Shown one piece after another: positions 18,939-28,471 of a stretch of DNA of 51,416 nucleotides; positions within the stretch are counted from its first letter, which is position 1, and the number at the start of each line of letters is the position of its first letter. This stretch comes from Candidatus Omnitrophota bacterium. Lineage in GTDB: Bacteria > Omnitrophota > Gorgyraeia > Gygaellales > Profunditerraquicolaceae. The notes beneath the pieces were generated by a model, which made no database searches, was not told the origin of the DNA, and saw only the letters and a program-made list of their open reading frames with translations. Both the position numbers and the translations under genes were made by a program. The stretch covers positions 68,690 through 120,105 of the forward strand of contig JBASUY010000042.1 in NCBI GenBank assembly GCA_049275655.1, given 5' to 3'.

Positions 18939-20105
18939 ATGCCTATTGATTATAAGAAAGAATTAGAGAATGCTGCGCGTGGGATGATTTTAGTGCATGA
19001 CCCGGATGTTTTGATTAAGATGGTCATCCGCGCTTTAGTAGAAAAGGCGATGATAGAGCATGCAAGCGTCCTTCTCTATGATCCTAAACGCCAGGCGTAT
19101 GTATTAAGCCTCTCCGGAGGCTCTCTATCAAAGAAAGTTCCCGTCGGTTTTGCTTCTTTGGATAAGGATGATCCCCTTATACGTTTTTTTAGAGAACGTA
19201 ATAATAGGTTAATATTCGGCAATGACCTCTTTACCATTAGCTCTGCTGAAAAATCACTTAAAAAAGGCCTTCTCTCAGAGAGGGTAAAGAGCCTCTTGAA
19301 GGATGCGCTTTATCAGGCAAAGTTGCTTGATACGGCTCTTTGCATACCTAGTTACTTTAGGGATGACTTATTATGCCTATTTCTTTTAGGCAAGAAAAAA
19401 GACGGCAAGGATTTTTTTCCTAAAGAGCTTGATTTCTTCTCTGCTCTTGCTTCAAATATGGCTATGGCTATTAGAAATGCCCAGCTATTTAAAGATTTAG
19501 AGTCTGAACTTAATAAAAAACATCAACTTTTTATGCGTACTACTATTGCTCTTGTAGCTGCAATTGAGGCTAAAGACCACTATACCCACGGGCATACTAC
19601 ACGTGTCAGCAATTTTAGCCTTAAGATAGCTAATAAATTAAAAGATAAGAATAGAAAACTCATAAATGAAAAGTTTCTTGAAAATTTATATATAGCCAGC
19701 CTCTTACATGATGTCGGAAAGATTGGTGTGCCCGAACATATATTAAATAAAAGAAGTAGCCTTACCGTAGGGGAGAAAAACAGGATTAAAGAGCATCCGT
19801 TAATAGGCGCTACTATCTTAAAGCCGATAGAGGAATTAGAAGAGTCTGTAGTCGGAATAAAATACCACCATGAGAGGCCTGATGGCTTAGGGTATCCCGA
19901 AGGCTTAAAGGGCAAGGAGATACCCCTGATAGCTTCAATAATATCGGTTGCTGACTCCTTTGATGCTATGACTACAAATAGGCCTTATCGTCCCGCACTA
20001 TCTAAGGATGAGGCTGTTAAAGAGATAGGCAAGCTTTCTAATCTTCAATTCTCTCCTCAGGTAACCGAGGCATTTATGGAATTATGCCTTGAGGGAACCT
20101 TGTAA
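18939..20105 (+). CDS. GAF-domain HD-GYP phosphodiesterase (c-di-GMP-type)
   Basis: HYTHGHTTRV, HDVGKIGVP, HHERPDGLGYPEGL motifs; N-terminal GAF-like region. Confidence 0.85.
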   Translation: MPIDYKKELENAARGMILVHDPDVLIKMVIRALVEKAMIEHASVLLYDPKRQAYVLSLSGGSLSKKVPVGFASLDKDDPLIRFFRERNNRLIFGNDLFTISSAEKSLKKGLLSERVKSLLKDALYQAKLLDTALCIPSYFRDDLLCLFLLGKKKDGKDFFPKELDFFSALASNMAMAIRNAQLFKDLESELNKKHQLFMRTTIALVAAIEAKDHYTHGHTTRVSNFSLKIANKLKDKNRKLINEKFLENLYIASLLHDVGKIGVPEHILNKRSSLTVGEKNRIKEHPLIGATILKPIEELEESVVGIKYHHERPDGLGYPEGLKGKEIPLIASIISVADSFDAMTTNRPYRPALSKDEAVKEIGKLSNLQFSPQVTEAFMELCLEGTL

Positions 20106-20112
20106 TTTTATC

Positions 20113-21237
20113 ATGCCTTCTAAGCGGATTATCTTGATGTATATATCAGAGGTCTCCGGGCACCGTAATGCTGCTACAGCTATAGAGGGGGCATTGGGTA
20201 TCCTAAAGCCAGATATTGATACATTAAATATCAATGCCTTTAACTACACTAATCCTATAGCAGAAAAGATAACTAATAGTATTTATATGGGGATTATCAA
20301 GATTGCCCCTCAGATATGGGATTACCTTTATGATAATCCTAAGGTATTAAAAAGAGTAGAGCGGACAAAAAATAATATCCATAAGGCTAATTCCCCTAAA
20401 TTAAAGAAGCTTTTCGATAGATACCGCCCTGATGCAGTTATCTGTACACAGGCCTTTCCTTGTGGAATGGTAGCTGATTACAAGAAGACCTATTCTTCCT
20501 CAGTCCCCCTAATTGCAGTATTAACGGACTATATTCCACATGCCTATTGGGTTTATGATACTGTAGATTACTATATAGTCCCTACGGAAGATATAGCCGC
20601 TACTTTAATTAAAAGAGGGGTGCCCTCAGTAAAAGTCAAGCCGTTAGGCATTCCTTTTAGCCCTAAATTTAACCAACAGCGGCCTAAAGAAGAGTTGCTA
20701 AAAAATTATAATCTTAAGGGCGAAACTCCTATTATATTGATTATGGGGGGAGGGCAGGGTTTAGGCCCGATAAAGGAGATTGTAAAGTCGTTGGAGAGAG
20801 TAAAGGAAGAGATACAAGAGATTGTAGTCACCGGGACAAATAGTAGGCTTTATAATACATTAAAAAGAAGGATAAGAAGATACAAAAAGAAGATACTCCT
20901 CTTTGGTTATACCCATCGCATTAATGAGTTTATGGACTTAGCGGATATAATAATTAGTAAGCCAGGGGGGATTACTACGGCAGAGGCACTCTCCAAGGGT
21001 AAGCCGATGATTATTATAAAACCTCTGCCCGGGCAAGAGGCGAATAATGCCGCATATTTAACTTCGGCAGGAGCGGCTATTAAGGTAGATAGCCCTAAAG
21101 AGGCATATTTAGCCGTGGATGAACTTATTAAAAACCCGGATAAATTCTCTAAGTTAAGAGAATCCGCAAAAAAAATAGCAAAGCCTAAGGCGAGCATAGA
21201 TATCGCAGAATTTATCCTAAAAGAAATAAAGGTATGA
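20113..21237 (+). CDS. MGDG-synthase-like glycosyltransferase (GT28 family)
   Basis: N-terminal MGDG_synth-like region (ISEVSGHRNAA) and C-terminal GT28 region (IMGGGQGLG, SKPGGITTAEAL). The ATG at 20113 is preferred over the ORF start at 20089, which overlaps the previous gene. Confidence 0.75.
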   Translation: MPSKRIILMYISEVSGHRNAATAIEGALGILKPDIDTLNINAFNYTNPIAEKITNSIYMGIIKIAPQIWDYLYDNPKVLKRVERTKNNIHKANSPKLKKLFDRYRPDAVICTQAFPCGMVADYKKTYSSSVPLIAVLTDYIPHAYWVYDTVDYYIVPTEDIAATLIKRGVPSVKVKPLGIPFSPKFNQQRPKEELLKNYNLKGETPIILIMGGGQGLGPIKEIVKSLERVKEEIQEIVVTGTNSRLYNTLKRRIRRYKKKILLFGYTHRINEFMDLADIIISKPGGITTAEALSKGKPMIIIKPLPGQEANNAAYLTSAGAAIKVDSPKEAYLAVDELIKNPDKFSKLRESAKKIAKPKASIDIAEFILKEIKV

Positions 21238-22091
21238 TAAGTTATTCCTTTTATAGGTTTGCAGAAGTATTGGCATTATCCTTGCCTTTAAACCTTGCTT
21301 ATTCGGTAGCTATTTTGATATCTGCTACTTATTATATTTTTGCTTTTAAGGATCGTAAAATAGTTACACAGAACCTGAGGGCAATTTTTCCAAAAAAAAC
21401 TAAAAGAGAGATATCTTCAATACGATTAAGGGTTTTTCTTAACTTTGCTAAATATCTTGTTGATTTTTTGCGTTTTAAAAAAATAGATATGAATTATATA
21501 AAAAGCAAGGTCACCCTTAAGGGGATAGAAAATATTAAAGAGGGGCTTAAGGCAGGCAAAGGGGTTATTTTATTAACCGCGCATTTAGGTAACTGGGAGT
21601 TAGGCGGGGTAGTCCTTTCTCAGTTAGGTTATCCTTTGTTAAGCGTTGCTTTACCGCATAAATCTAAAAAGGTGGATGAGTTTTTTAATGAGAAGCGGCA
21701 AAGTAAAGGGATAGACATTTTTCCTTTAGGTAGGGCTGCTAAGGCTTGCCTTAGGGCTTTAAAGGAGAACCGTTTGATAGCCTTGGTAGGCGATAGGGAC
21801 TTTACAGATAAAGGTAGGCCTGTTTACTTTTTTGGAAAGATAGCGCTTTTTCCGGAAGGGGCTGCGGTACTCTCTTTGCAAAGAGGCTCTTTGATAATCC
21901 CTGGCTTTATGCTTCGTAATAGAGATGATAGTTATGATTTAATTTTTGAAAAACCTTTGGAGTTTACACTTGGGGTTAGCCGCCGGCAAGATATAGATTC
22001 TATTATAAGTAAATGCGCGAAAGTATTTGAAAAATACATATATAAATACCCGGATCAATGGTATATGTTTAGGAGGTTTTGGAGAGAATGA
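21234..22091 (+). CDS. Lipid A biosynthesis-type (LpxL/HtrB/PatA family) acyltransferase
   Basis: HLGNWE active-site motif, N-terminal membrane anchor, 285 aa. ATGA overlap with the upstream GT. Confidence 0.75.
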   Translation: MISYSFYRFAEVLALSLPLNLAYSVAILISATYYIFAFKDRKIVTQNLRAIFPKKTKREISSIRLRVFLNFAKYLVDFLRFKKIDMNYIKSKVTLKGIENIKEGLKAGKGVILLTAHLGNWELGGVVLSQLGYPLLSVALPHKSKKVDEFFNEKRQSKGIDIFPLGRAAKACLRALKENRLIALVGDRDFTDKGRPVYFFGKIALFPEGAAVLSLQRGSLIIPGFMLRNRDDSYDLIFEKPLEFTLGVSRRQDIDSIISKCAKVFEKYIYKYPDQWYMFRRFWRE

Positions 22092-22750
22092 AGGTTTTAG
22101 TAGTCATGCCTGCTTACAATGAAGCCGGGCATATTTATAATTTGATTAAAGAGGTTAAAAATTATCATTTTGAAATATTGGTTATTGACGATGGCTCTTC
22201 GGATGATACATACAATATCGCAAAAGGCTTAGAGGTTAATGTAATGCTTAACCTACGGAATCAGGGTAAAGGCGCTTCCTTAATTAAAGGTTTTAAGTAT
22301 GCCTTAGAAAATGATTTTGAAGCAGTAATAACTATGGATGCAGACGGCCAGCATCAGCCTCAAGACTTGCCTCTATTTCTTAAAGCAGCCGAAGATAAAG
22401 ATGTGCATATAGTTATAGGAAACCGTATGACAGAGGTTAAAAGGATGCCTCTTATCCGGGTAGCGACTAACAAATTTATGTCGTGGTTTATATCCTTTAT
22501 GGGTAGGCAACGTATTCCTGATACTCAATGCGGTTTAAGGCTGATTAAACGAAAAGTTTTAGAAAGGATAGAATTAAAGACGAGCAAGTTTGAGACAGAG
22601 TCAGAGATATTGATTAAGGCTTCGCGTATGGGCTTTAAAATAAGGTCTATCCCTATAAAGAGTATTTATGGAGAAGAGAAGAGCCGAATCAACCCTTTCT
22701 CTGATACGCTAAGGTTCTTTCGCTTAATCTACAAATGGAAAAAGCATTGA
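22088..22750 (+). CDS. Family 2 glycosyltransferase (polyprenol-phosphate glycosyltransferase-like)
   Basis: VVMPAYNE, DDGSSD, DADGQH motifs. The ATG at 22088 (ATGA overlap, AGGAGG 11 nt upstream) is preferred to TTG 22079. Confidence 0.8.
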   Translation: MKVLVVMPAYNEAGHIYNLIKEVKNYHFEILVIDDGSSDDTYNIAKGLEVNVMLNLRNQGKGASLIKGFKYALENDFEAVITMDADGQHQPQDLPLFLKAAEDKDVHIVIGNRMTEVKRMPLIRVATNKFMSWFISFMGRQRIPDTQCGLRLIKRKVLERIELKTSKFETESEILIKASRMGFKIRSIPIKSIYGEEKSRINPFSDTLRFFRLIYKWKKH

Positions 22751-23241
22751 ACTTGGTAACTTCTTGGCTGAGCGTTCTTCCTGCAGAGGCCTCAGTAGTA
22801 ATTTTAGCAGGCTTGCCTATCTCTGAAATTAGAGGCGCAATACCTTTAGGGCTCTATCTTGGTATGCCTTTAGCAAAAGTATTTTTCCTTTCGCTTTTAG
22901 GAAATACTATTTTTATTGCCCCGGCTCTTTTTTTACTTGAGCCGGTATCAGCATATTTAAGAAAATTTAGAATCTGGGCAAGATTCTTTGAATGGGTATT
23001 TGAGCGTACTAAAAGAAACGCAAAACAGATTTTAAAGTATGAGGCTTTAGGGTTGTTTGCTTTGGTAGCCGTGCCTTTGCCTATGACCGGAGCTTGGACA
23101 GGGGTTGTTGCGGCTACATTATTTAAAATAAAGTTTAGGTATGCTTTTATATCTATCTTCTTAGGAGTAGTTTTAGCAGGCTTAATTGTTTCATTATTGT
23201 GTGTTTTAGGGTTATTGGGTTGGAAGGCGGTATCAGGATGA
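22735..23241 (+). CDS. Small membrane protein, small-multidrug-export-like (COG2426-like)
   Basis: Four or five hydrophobic segments and a GLPISEIRGAIPLG motif. Family assignment is from memory only. Confidence 0.5.
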   Translation: MEKALNLVTSWLSVLPAEASVVILAGLPISEIRGAIPLGLYLGMPLAKVFFLSLLGNTIFIAPALFLLEPVSAYLRKFRIWARFFEWVFERTKRNAKQILKYEALGLFALVAVPLPMTGAWTGVVAATLFKIKFRYAFISIFLGVVLAGLIVSLLCVLGLLGWKAVSG

Positions 23242-23741
23242 TTCAAATATATACCGGCAATGGAAAAGGAAAGACAACTGCTGCCTTAGGCCTTGCCTTA
23301 AGAGCGGCAGGCGCAGGTTTGAATGTTTATATTGCTCAATTTGCCAAAGGTCGTTATTATAGCGAGTTACGGATTTTAAAGAAGATAAAGAATATTAAGG
23401 TAGAGCAGTTCGGTAGGAGGTGTTTTATAAAAAAGAGGCCTGAAAAGATAGACGCTGAACTTGCTTCCAAAGGCCTTGAATCTGCTAAAAAAGCTATTCT
23501 AAGTAAAAAATACCGTTTAGTTATACTTGATGAGATAAATATTGCATTAAACTTAAGATTAATCCCTTTAAAAGAAGTTTTGGAAATCTTAAAGAGCGCC
23601 CCTAAAGAAAAGGAGATAGTCCTTACCGGAAGATATGCGCCTTTACAGATTATTAAAATAGCAGATTTAGTTAGCCGCATAGATGAGGTAAGGCATTATT
23701 ATAAAAAGGGTGTTAAGGCGCGTAGGGGGATAGAATTTTAA
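23238..23741 (+). CDS. cobO: Cob(I)yrinic acid a,c-diamide / cob(I)alamin adenosyltransferase
   Basis: MIQIYTGNGKGKTTAALG P-loop, LVILDEI, HYYKKGVKARRGIEF. The ATG at 23238 overlaps the upstream stop (ATGA). Confidence 0.85.
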   Translation: MIQIYTGNGKGKTTAALGLALRAAGAGLNVYIAQFAKGRYYSELRILKKIKNIKVEQFGRRCFIKKRPEKIDAELASKGLESAKKAILSKKYRLVILDEINIALNLRLIPLKEVLEILKSAPKEKEIVLTGRYAPLQIIKIADLVSRIDEVRHYYKKGVKARRGIEF

Positions 23742-23743
23742 TC

Positions 23744-23772
23744 TTGACAATTTAAAGAGTTTATACTAACAT
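23744..23772 (+). promoter_or_regulatory. Sigma70-like promoter (TTGACA, 17-nt spacer, TAACAT)
   Basis: Consensus -35 in the 54-nt gap after cobO. GAGGAGG RBS and the ATG at 23796 follow. Confidence 0.4.
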
Positions 23773-23795
23773 TGTTTCATTAGAGGAGGTAGTTT

Positions 23796-24296
23796 ATGTT
23801 AGCTTTAAGTTTAATTTTAATTGGGATATTATTAAGGTTCATGCCTCATCCGGCAAATTTTACGCCTGTGGCAGCTATAGCTTTATTTTCCGGTGCTTAT
23901 TTAAAGAGAAGGTATGCTATTTTGGTCCCGCTATTACTTATGGCTTTAACCGATGTTTTTATCGGTGTGCATAATGTTTTGATATTTACATGGGGTTGTT
24001 TTGTTTTATCAGCATTGTTAGGCAGGGTATTGCATAAACATAAAGGCATTATTCCTGTAGCAGGGATGTCGCTGTTCTCTTCGTTTATCTTTTATATAGT
24101 TACTAATTTTGGTGTTTGGGCTATGGGTTGGTACCCGCAAAACCTAAAAGGCCTAATAGATTGTTATATCTTAGCCTTGCCTTTTTTACGCGATTTTACA
24201 ATTTCAACTTTAATTTATTCGGCAGTATTTTTTACTGCTTATGAATACATTACCTTAAAGGTTAAAGAGAAAAAGTTAGTAAAGGTTCTTTTGTAA
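23796..24296 (+). CDS. Small polytopic membrane protein of unknown function (possible vitamin/B12 permease component)
   Basis: 166 aa, about 5-6 hydrophobic helices, N-terminal FMPHPANFTPVAAIALFSGAY. Sits between cobO and the cobalamin riboswitch. Family (DUF6580-like?) not verifiable here. Confidence 0.55.
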   Translation: MLALSLILIGILLRFMPHPANFTPVAAIALFSGAYLKRRYAILVPLLLMALTDVFIGVHNVLIFTWGCFVLSALLGRVLHKHKGIIPVAGMSLFSSFIFYIVTNFGVWAMGWYPQNLKGLIDCYILALPFLRDFTISTLIYSAVFFTAYEYITLKVKEKKLVKVLL

Positions 24297-24311
24297 TTTT
24301 TTTAGTTAAAG

Positions 24312-24475
24312 TTTATGAGCTAAGGGAAGGTTGTGCAAATCAGCCACAGTCCCGCTGCTGTAAGAGGGGTACGAAATCTTCTTAGATAATATAAGCCACT
24401 GGGTAATTCCGGGAAGGCAAAAGGAAGAGATTAGGATGAGCCCTTAAGTCAGAAGACCTAGCCATAGACAAAGTC
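24312..24475 (+). promoter_or_regulatory. Cobalamin (B12) riboswitch aptamer
   Basis: Conserved core AAGGGAAGGTTGTGCAAATC..CAGTCCCGCTGCTGT, GCCACTGGG..CCGGGAAGGC (24394-) and a B12-box-like AGTCAGAAGACCT (24446-24458). Closing helix TAAGGG/CCCTTA. Upstream of a TonB-dependent receptor. Confidence 0.85.
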
Positions 24476-24526
24476 TTTTAAAAAAAATTCTAGCCCGCGG
24501 ACAAGGCTAGAAGGGAAACAGGGATA

Positions 24527-24567
24527 CCCTTAATGCTAAAGGTTAGCGTTAAGGGTTTTTTATTTTT
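24527..24567 (+). terminator. Intrinsic terminator (riboswitch expression platform)
   Basis: Stem CCCTTAATGCTA / TAGCGTTAAGGG followed by TTTTTTATTTTT, about 30 nt before the receptor ATG. Confidence 0.75.
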
Positions 24568-24594
24568 AAGGTCCGCAGAAAGGGAAAAGAGAAG

Positions 24595-26682
24595 ATGAAG
24601 GTAGCAAAAGTAGTGGGGATAGTTTTAATAGGATTAGTTTTAATAGCGGGTTTTACAAGAGTATCTTTGGGAGAGAGCCTTGGTTTAATCCAGGATGCTT
24701 TAATAGAAGATAAGGAGGTTAGTTTAGGAAGAATAGTAGTAACGCCCATGCGCTATCCACAGGAAAATGGTAATTCAGCCTCTAGTATTACAATAATTAC
24801 TCAAGAAGAAATAGAAAACTCTAATGCCAATACTACCGTGGATTTATTGCGTAAAGTTCCGGGTTTAGTTGTTCGGGATTGGTTTGGTAATGGTACTAAA
24901 GCTGCGGTAGATATGGGTGGATTTGGAGAACAGGCTGCTTTAAATGTTTTAGTGTTAATTGATGGCAGAAGAGTAAATGATGTAGATTTAAGCGGTGTAG
25001 ATTGGCGCCAGATAACTACAGATAGAATAGAAAGGATAGAGATAATTCGCGGAGGGTCGGCAGCAGTACTTTATGGGGACAATGCGTCAGGAGGAGTTAT
25101 CAATATTATAACTAAAACAGGTAAAAATAATATGAAGGCTAATTTTTATGCATCTTATGGTAGCTATGATTCATTTAGTCAGGGTCTATCTTTAGGGGGT
25201 GATATTAATGATAAATTGAATTGTTACATTGGGGGATCTTACGATGCTTCTCACGGGTATCGTAAGAATACCTTTAATAAAGACAAAGATTTTTATTCGA
25301 ATCTTGGTTTCGATCTCAGTGATTTATTTTCTATTGGTTTTAACTTTAATTTTCACTCTTCAACTTATGGTTTGCCCGGAGCTCTTTATCAGTCTGATAT
25401 TAATGAACACGGCAGAAGACATGCTAGATATGCTGATGATCATGTTAATAACAAGGATTATTACCTTGCCTTGCTTCCTAAAATTATTTTTAATAATTAT
25501 GGGGAGTTGAGTTTTGATTTTAATTATAGGAGTAAAGATACAGATTCTTATTTTCTCACATCCAATTTAGATACTCAGCGTAATGAGATAGATACTTTTG
25601 GTTTTTTAACTAAATATTATTTAGATAGTAATATTTTTAATTATAAGAATAGTTTTGTAATGGGAGTTGATTTTTACCGTACTTTATTTAAATCCCAGAC
25701 CTATTTAATTTCAGATGATACAGCTCTTAATAAATACACACATATTAATAAGAATTCATTAGGTTTTTATTTGCAGGATGAATTATTTATTAAAGATGAT
25801 TTATCATTAGTGGGAGGCTATAGGTATGAATTAGCGCGCTATGCTTTTGGGTATCATGATAATGATTTACATGGATGGGGGAAAAGCCCAGATATTAGCA
25901 CTAGATTAAAAGCAAAGATAAGCGCTTTTAATTTGGGAGTTGTTCATACTTATGGTAAGGATTCTAGTATTTTTTTTAACGTTAATAAGAGTTTTAGGTT
26001 TCCTCAAGTTGATGAATTTACCTATATTGACTCTAGCTATCAACAGCAGTTAAATACTGATTTAAAGCCGCAGTCTTCGGTTAATTTTCAAGCAGGGTTA
26101 AGACATAGTTTTGATGATAGAGTTAAGATTGAGATTTCTGGTTTTAGGATGTTTATTAAAGATGAGCTTTATTATAATGCTAAAGATACACTTGTTTGGG
26201 GTTTCTGGAATGGCAAGAATGCTAATTATGATCGGACTATACATCAAGGGATAGATTGTTCTATCGACATTAACCTTAATAAAAGACTGAATGTTTTTGG
26301 CAATTATACTTTACTTGATGCGTATTTTAATGGTGGGGAATATAGCAAAAATGATATACCTCTAGTTCCAAGACATAAGGCGAGTGTTGGTTTCAGGCTA
26401 AATCTATTTAAGGGTGTATTTTTTAATATGGTAGGAACGTATGTAGGCAGTAGGTATTATTTAAATGATCAGGCTAATGCTTATTCGCGCTTAGGAGGAT
26501 ATATAGTTACAGATACAAACATCATGTGGAGTTATAAAAGCTTTAAGATTGCTTTTGGAATAAATAATTTATTTGAAAGCGATTATTCTGAATATGCTGG
26601 GGTTAACGTTGATACTGGGCAAAAATTTTATTATCCTAGCCCGGGTAGAAGCTTTAATTTGCGCCTCGATTACGTGTTTTAA
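24595..26682 (+). CDS. btuB: TonB-dependent outer-membrane receptor, probably cobalamin (BtuB-like)
   Basis: Signal peptide, TonB box RIVVTP, plug motifs (IEIIRGGSAAVLYG), C-terminal beta-strand ending ...RLDYVF. Controlled by the B12 riboswitch. Confidence 0.8.
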   Translation: MKVAKVVGIVLIGLVLIAGFTRVSLGESLGLIQDALIEDKEVSLGRIVVTPMRYPQENGNSASSITIITQEEIENSNANTTVDLLRKVPGLVVRDWFGNGTKAAVDMGGFGEQAALNVLVLIDGRRVNDVDLSGVDWRQITTDRIERIEIIRGGSAAVLYGDNASGGVINIITKTGKNNMKANFYASYGSYDSFSQGLSLGGDINDKLNCYIGGSYDASHGYRKNTFNKDKDFYSNLGFDLSDLFSIGFNFNFHSSTYGLPGALYQSDINEHGRRHARYADDHVNNKDYYLALLPKIIFNNYGELSFDFNYRSKDTDSYFLTSNLDTQRNEIDTFGFLTKYYLDSNIFNYKNSFVMGVDFYRTLFKSQTYLISDDTALNKYTHINKNSLGFYLQDELFIKDDLSLVGGYRYELARYAFGYHDNDLHGWGKSPDISTRLKAKISAFNLGVVHTYGKDSSIFFNVNKSFRFPQVDEFTYIDSSYQQQLNTDLKPQSSVNFQAGLRHSFDDRVKIEISGFRMFIKDELYYNAKDTLVWGFWNGKNANYDRTIHQGIDCSIDINLNKRLNVFGNYTLLDAYFNGGEYSKNDIPLVPRHKASVGFRLNLFKGVFFNMVGTYVGSRYYLNDQANAYSRLGGYIVTDTNIMWSYKSFKIAFGINNLFESDYSEYAGVNVDTGQKFYYPSPGRSFNLRLDYVF

Positions 26683-26709
26683 TAGTTGGTTGTAGTATAT
26701 GGGGCGCTA

Positions 26710-26738
26710 TTGATTGCAAGGGTTGCTTGTGCTAAACT
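26710..26738 (+). promoter_or_regulatory. Possible promoter (TTGATT, 17-nt spacer, TGcTAAACT) before the tonB-like gene
   Basis: Read from the sequence. The -10 ends 6 nt before the ATG at 26745 and there is no good SD, so the transcript would be leaderless if this promoter is used. Confidence 0.3.
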
Positions 26739-26744
26739 AAGGCT

Positions 26745-27389
26745 ATGAAAGACTTTAGGCTATTACAGGGAGCGGTACTACTTTCATTATCAGCGCATGC
26801 CCTTGCTATATTTGGCGGCAACCTCTTACCTTGCTTTAAGGTTTTAAATGAAGATAAGCAGATTAAGGTAACCTATATAAAGATAGAGCATAAGCCAAAG
26901 GAACTACCTAACCCATTAAGAGAGAAGATGCCTAAGGGCTCACCGCCTCCTTTTATAGAGCCAAAAGATATACGCAAAGATAACAACATTCAAAAACCAA
27001 AAGAGTTAAAATTTGATAAGCCGGAATTAATGGAGCCTGAGGTAGTAGCTTTAAAAAAGATAATAAAGATGCCTGCTATTGAGCCGGCAAAGATAGATAA
27101 TCCCTCTTACATAAGTTATTATCAAACAGTAAGGGAAAAAATAAGAAGGTCTGCTTATAGGAATTACGCAAAGAATGAGACCGGAGAGGTTTATCTTGTT
27201 TTTATTATTAGTAACGACGGCGTACTTAAGCAGGCGCGTTTAGTTGAGGAGAAGTCATCAAAAAGCCTCTACCTTAAAAACGTTGCCTTATCCAGCATTA
27301 AAGATGCTTCGCCGTTTCCTAACTTTCCCAAAGAGCTTGATTATGAAGAGCTCTCCTTTAATGTAGCTATATCTTTTGAGCTTGAGTAG
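26745..27389 (+). CDS. tonB: Energy transducer TonB
   Basis: N-terminal TM with an SxxxH motif (LSLSAHAL), Pro/Lys/Glu-rich spacer, C-terminal TonB_C-like domain (GEVYLVFIISNDGVLKQARLVE). Confidence 0.75.
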   Translation: MKDFRLLQGAVLLSLSAHALAIFGGNLLPCFKVLNEDKQIKVTYIKIEHKPKELPNPLREKMPKGSPPPFIEPKDIRKDNNIQKPKELKFDKPELMEPEVVALKKIIKMPAIEPAKIDNPSYISYYQTVREKIRRSAYRNYAKNETGEVYLVFIISNDGVLKQARLVEEKSSKSLYLKNVALSSIKDASPFPNFPKELDYEELSFNVAISFELE

Positions 27390-27412
27390 TTTTTTAATAG
27401 CCTTTCCTTATA

Positions 27413-27440
27413 TTGACAGAGCTAAAAATAGTGTTATAAT
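27413..27440 (+). promoter_or_regulatory. Sigma70 promoter (TTGACA, 16-nt spacer, TGtTATAAT) for rpsU
   Basis: Consensus -35 and extended consensus -10 in the 87-nt gap upstream of rpsU. Confidence 0.6.
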
Positions 27441-27476
27441 AATATACTTAAATAGAGATGAAAGGAGATGATTATA

Positions 27477-27638
27477 TTGCCAGAGGTTGAAGTTAAAAAA
27501 GACGAGTCTTTTGAGTCTGCTTTGCGTAGGTTTAAGAAGAAGATTGAGCAAGAAGGTATATTAAGAGAGGTAAGGGACCGTAAGTACTACGAAAAACCAA
27601 GCGAGCGTAAAAGAAAAAGGTCTAAAGAGAGAAGATAA
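27477..27638 (+). CDS. rpsU: 30S ribosomal protein bS21
   Basis: Not in the ORF track. TTG start 9 nt after AAAGGAG encodes [53 protein letters not shown]. An in-frame ATG at 27468 abuts the SD and is less likely. Confidence 0.88.
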   Translation: MPEVEVKKDESFESALRRFKKKIEQEGILREVRDRKYYEKPSERKRKRSKERR

Positions 27639-27661
27639 TTTAGGTTTTAACGAATATATCT

Positions 27662-28471
27662 ATGATCCGTAATCCTGTTGTTTCAGGGTCATTTTATCCT
27701 TCTTCTGCTTCTAAGATAGAAGGGATGATAAAAGGGTTCTTACCTCAAGATAAGCCTGCTCAGACAGAAGCCATAGGCTGTATTTTACCCCATGCAGGGT
27801 ATATTTACTCAGGTAAGGTAGCTGCCTTAACCCTTTCTCAGATTGATATACCTGAAAAAGTGATTCTTTTTGGGCCTAATCACACCGGATTAGGCCTTTC
27901 CTTTAGTTTAATGCCTAAAGGGGTATGGAGTACTCCGTTAGGGGAGGTAAATATTGATAGTAATTTAGCCGGGCTTATTTTACGCAATTCAAGGCGTATT
28001 AAAGAAGATTATCTTGCCCATGCTAAAGAGCACTCGTTAGAAGTAGAGCTACCTATTATCCAGTATTTTAAAAATGATTTTGAGATTGTCCCGATAGCCT
28101 TTTTATCGGATAATTTAGGCGTTTTAATTGAAGAGGGGATTAATATAGCTAAGGCTATTAAGGATTATTCCGCTTGTAAAGTGCTTTTAGTAGCCAGTTC
28201 CGATATGACCCATTATGAGCCTGAGGCAGAGGCGAGGGAAAAAGATAATCAGGCGATAGAAGCAATTCTTTCCTTAGATGAAAAAAAACTTATGGAACGT
28301 ATTGCCTCTTTTAATATAAGTATGTGCGGATATGCCCCGGTGATAGCTATGTTATCCTGCGCAAAAGAATTAGGAGCCTCAAAGGGTAAATTGGTTGCAT
28401 ACCAGACGAGCGCAGAGGCAAGCAAAGATAAAACAAGCGTAGTTGGATACGCAGGAATAATACTAAACTGA
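27662..28471 (+). CDS. MEMO1-family protein (AmmeMemoRadiSam system protein B-like)
   Basis: IRNPVVSGSFYP N-terminus, LPHAGYIYSG, SSDMTHYE, MCGYAP motifs typical of the MEMO family. Confidence 0.8.
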   Translation: MIRNPVVSGSFYPSSASKIEGMIKGFLPQDKPAQTEAIGCILPHAGYIYSGKVAALTLSQIDIPEKVILFGPNHTGLGLSFSLMPKGVWSTPLGEVNIDSNLAGLILRNSRRIKEDYLAHAKEHSLEVELPIIQYFKNDFEIVPIAFLSDNLGVLIEEGINIAKAIKDYSACKVLLVASSDMTHYEPEAEAREKDNQAIEAILSLDEKKLMERIASFNISMCGYAPVIAMLSCAKELGASKGKLVAYQTSAEASKDKTSVVGYAGIILN

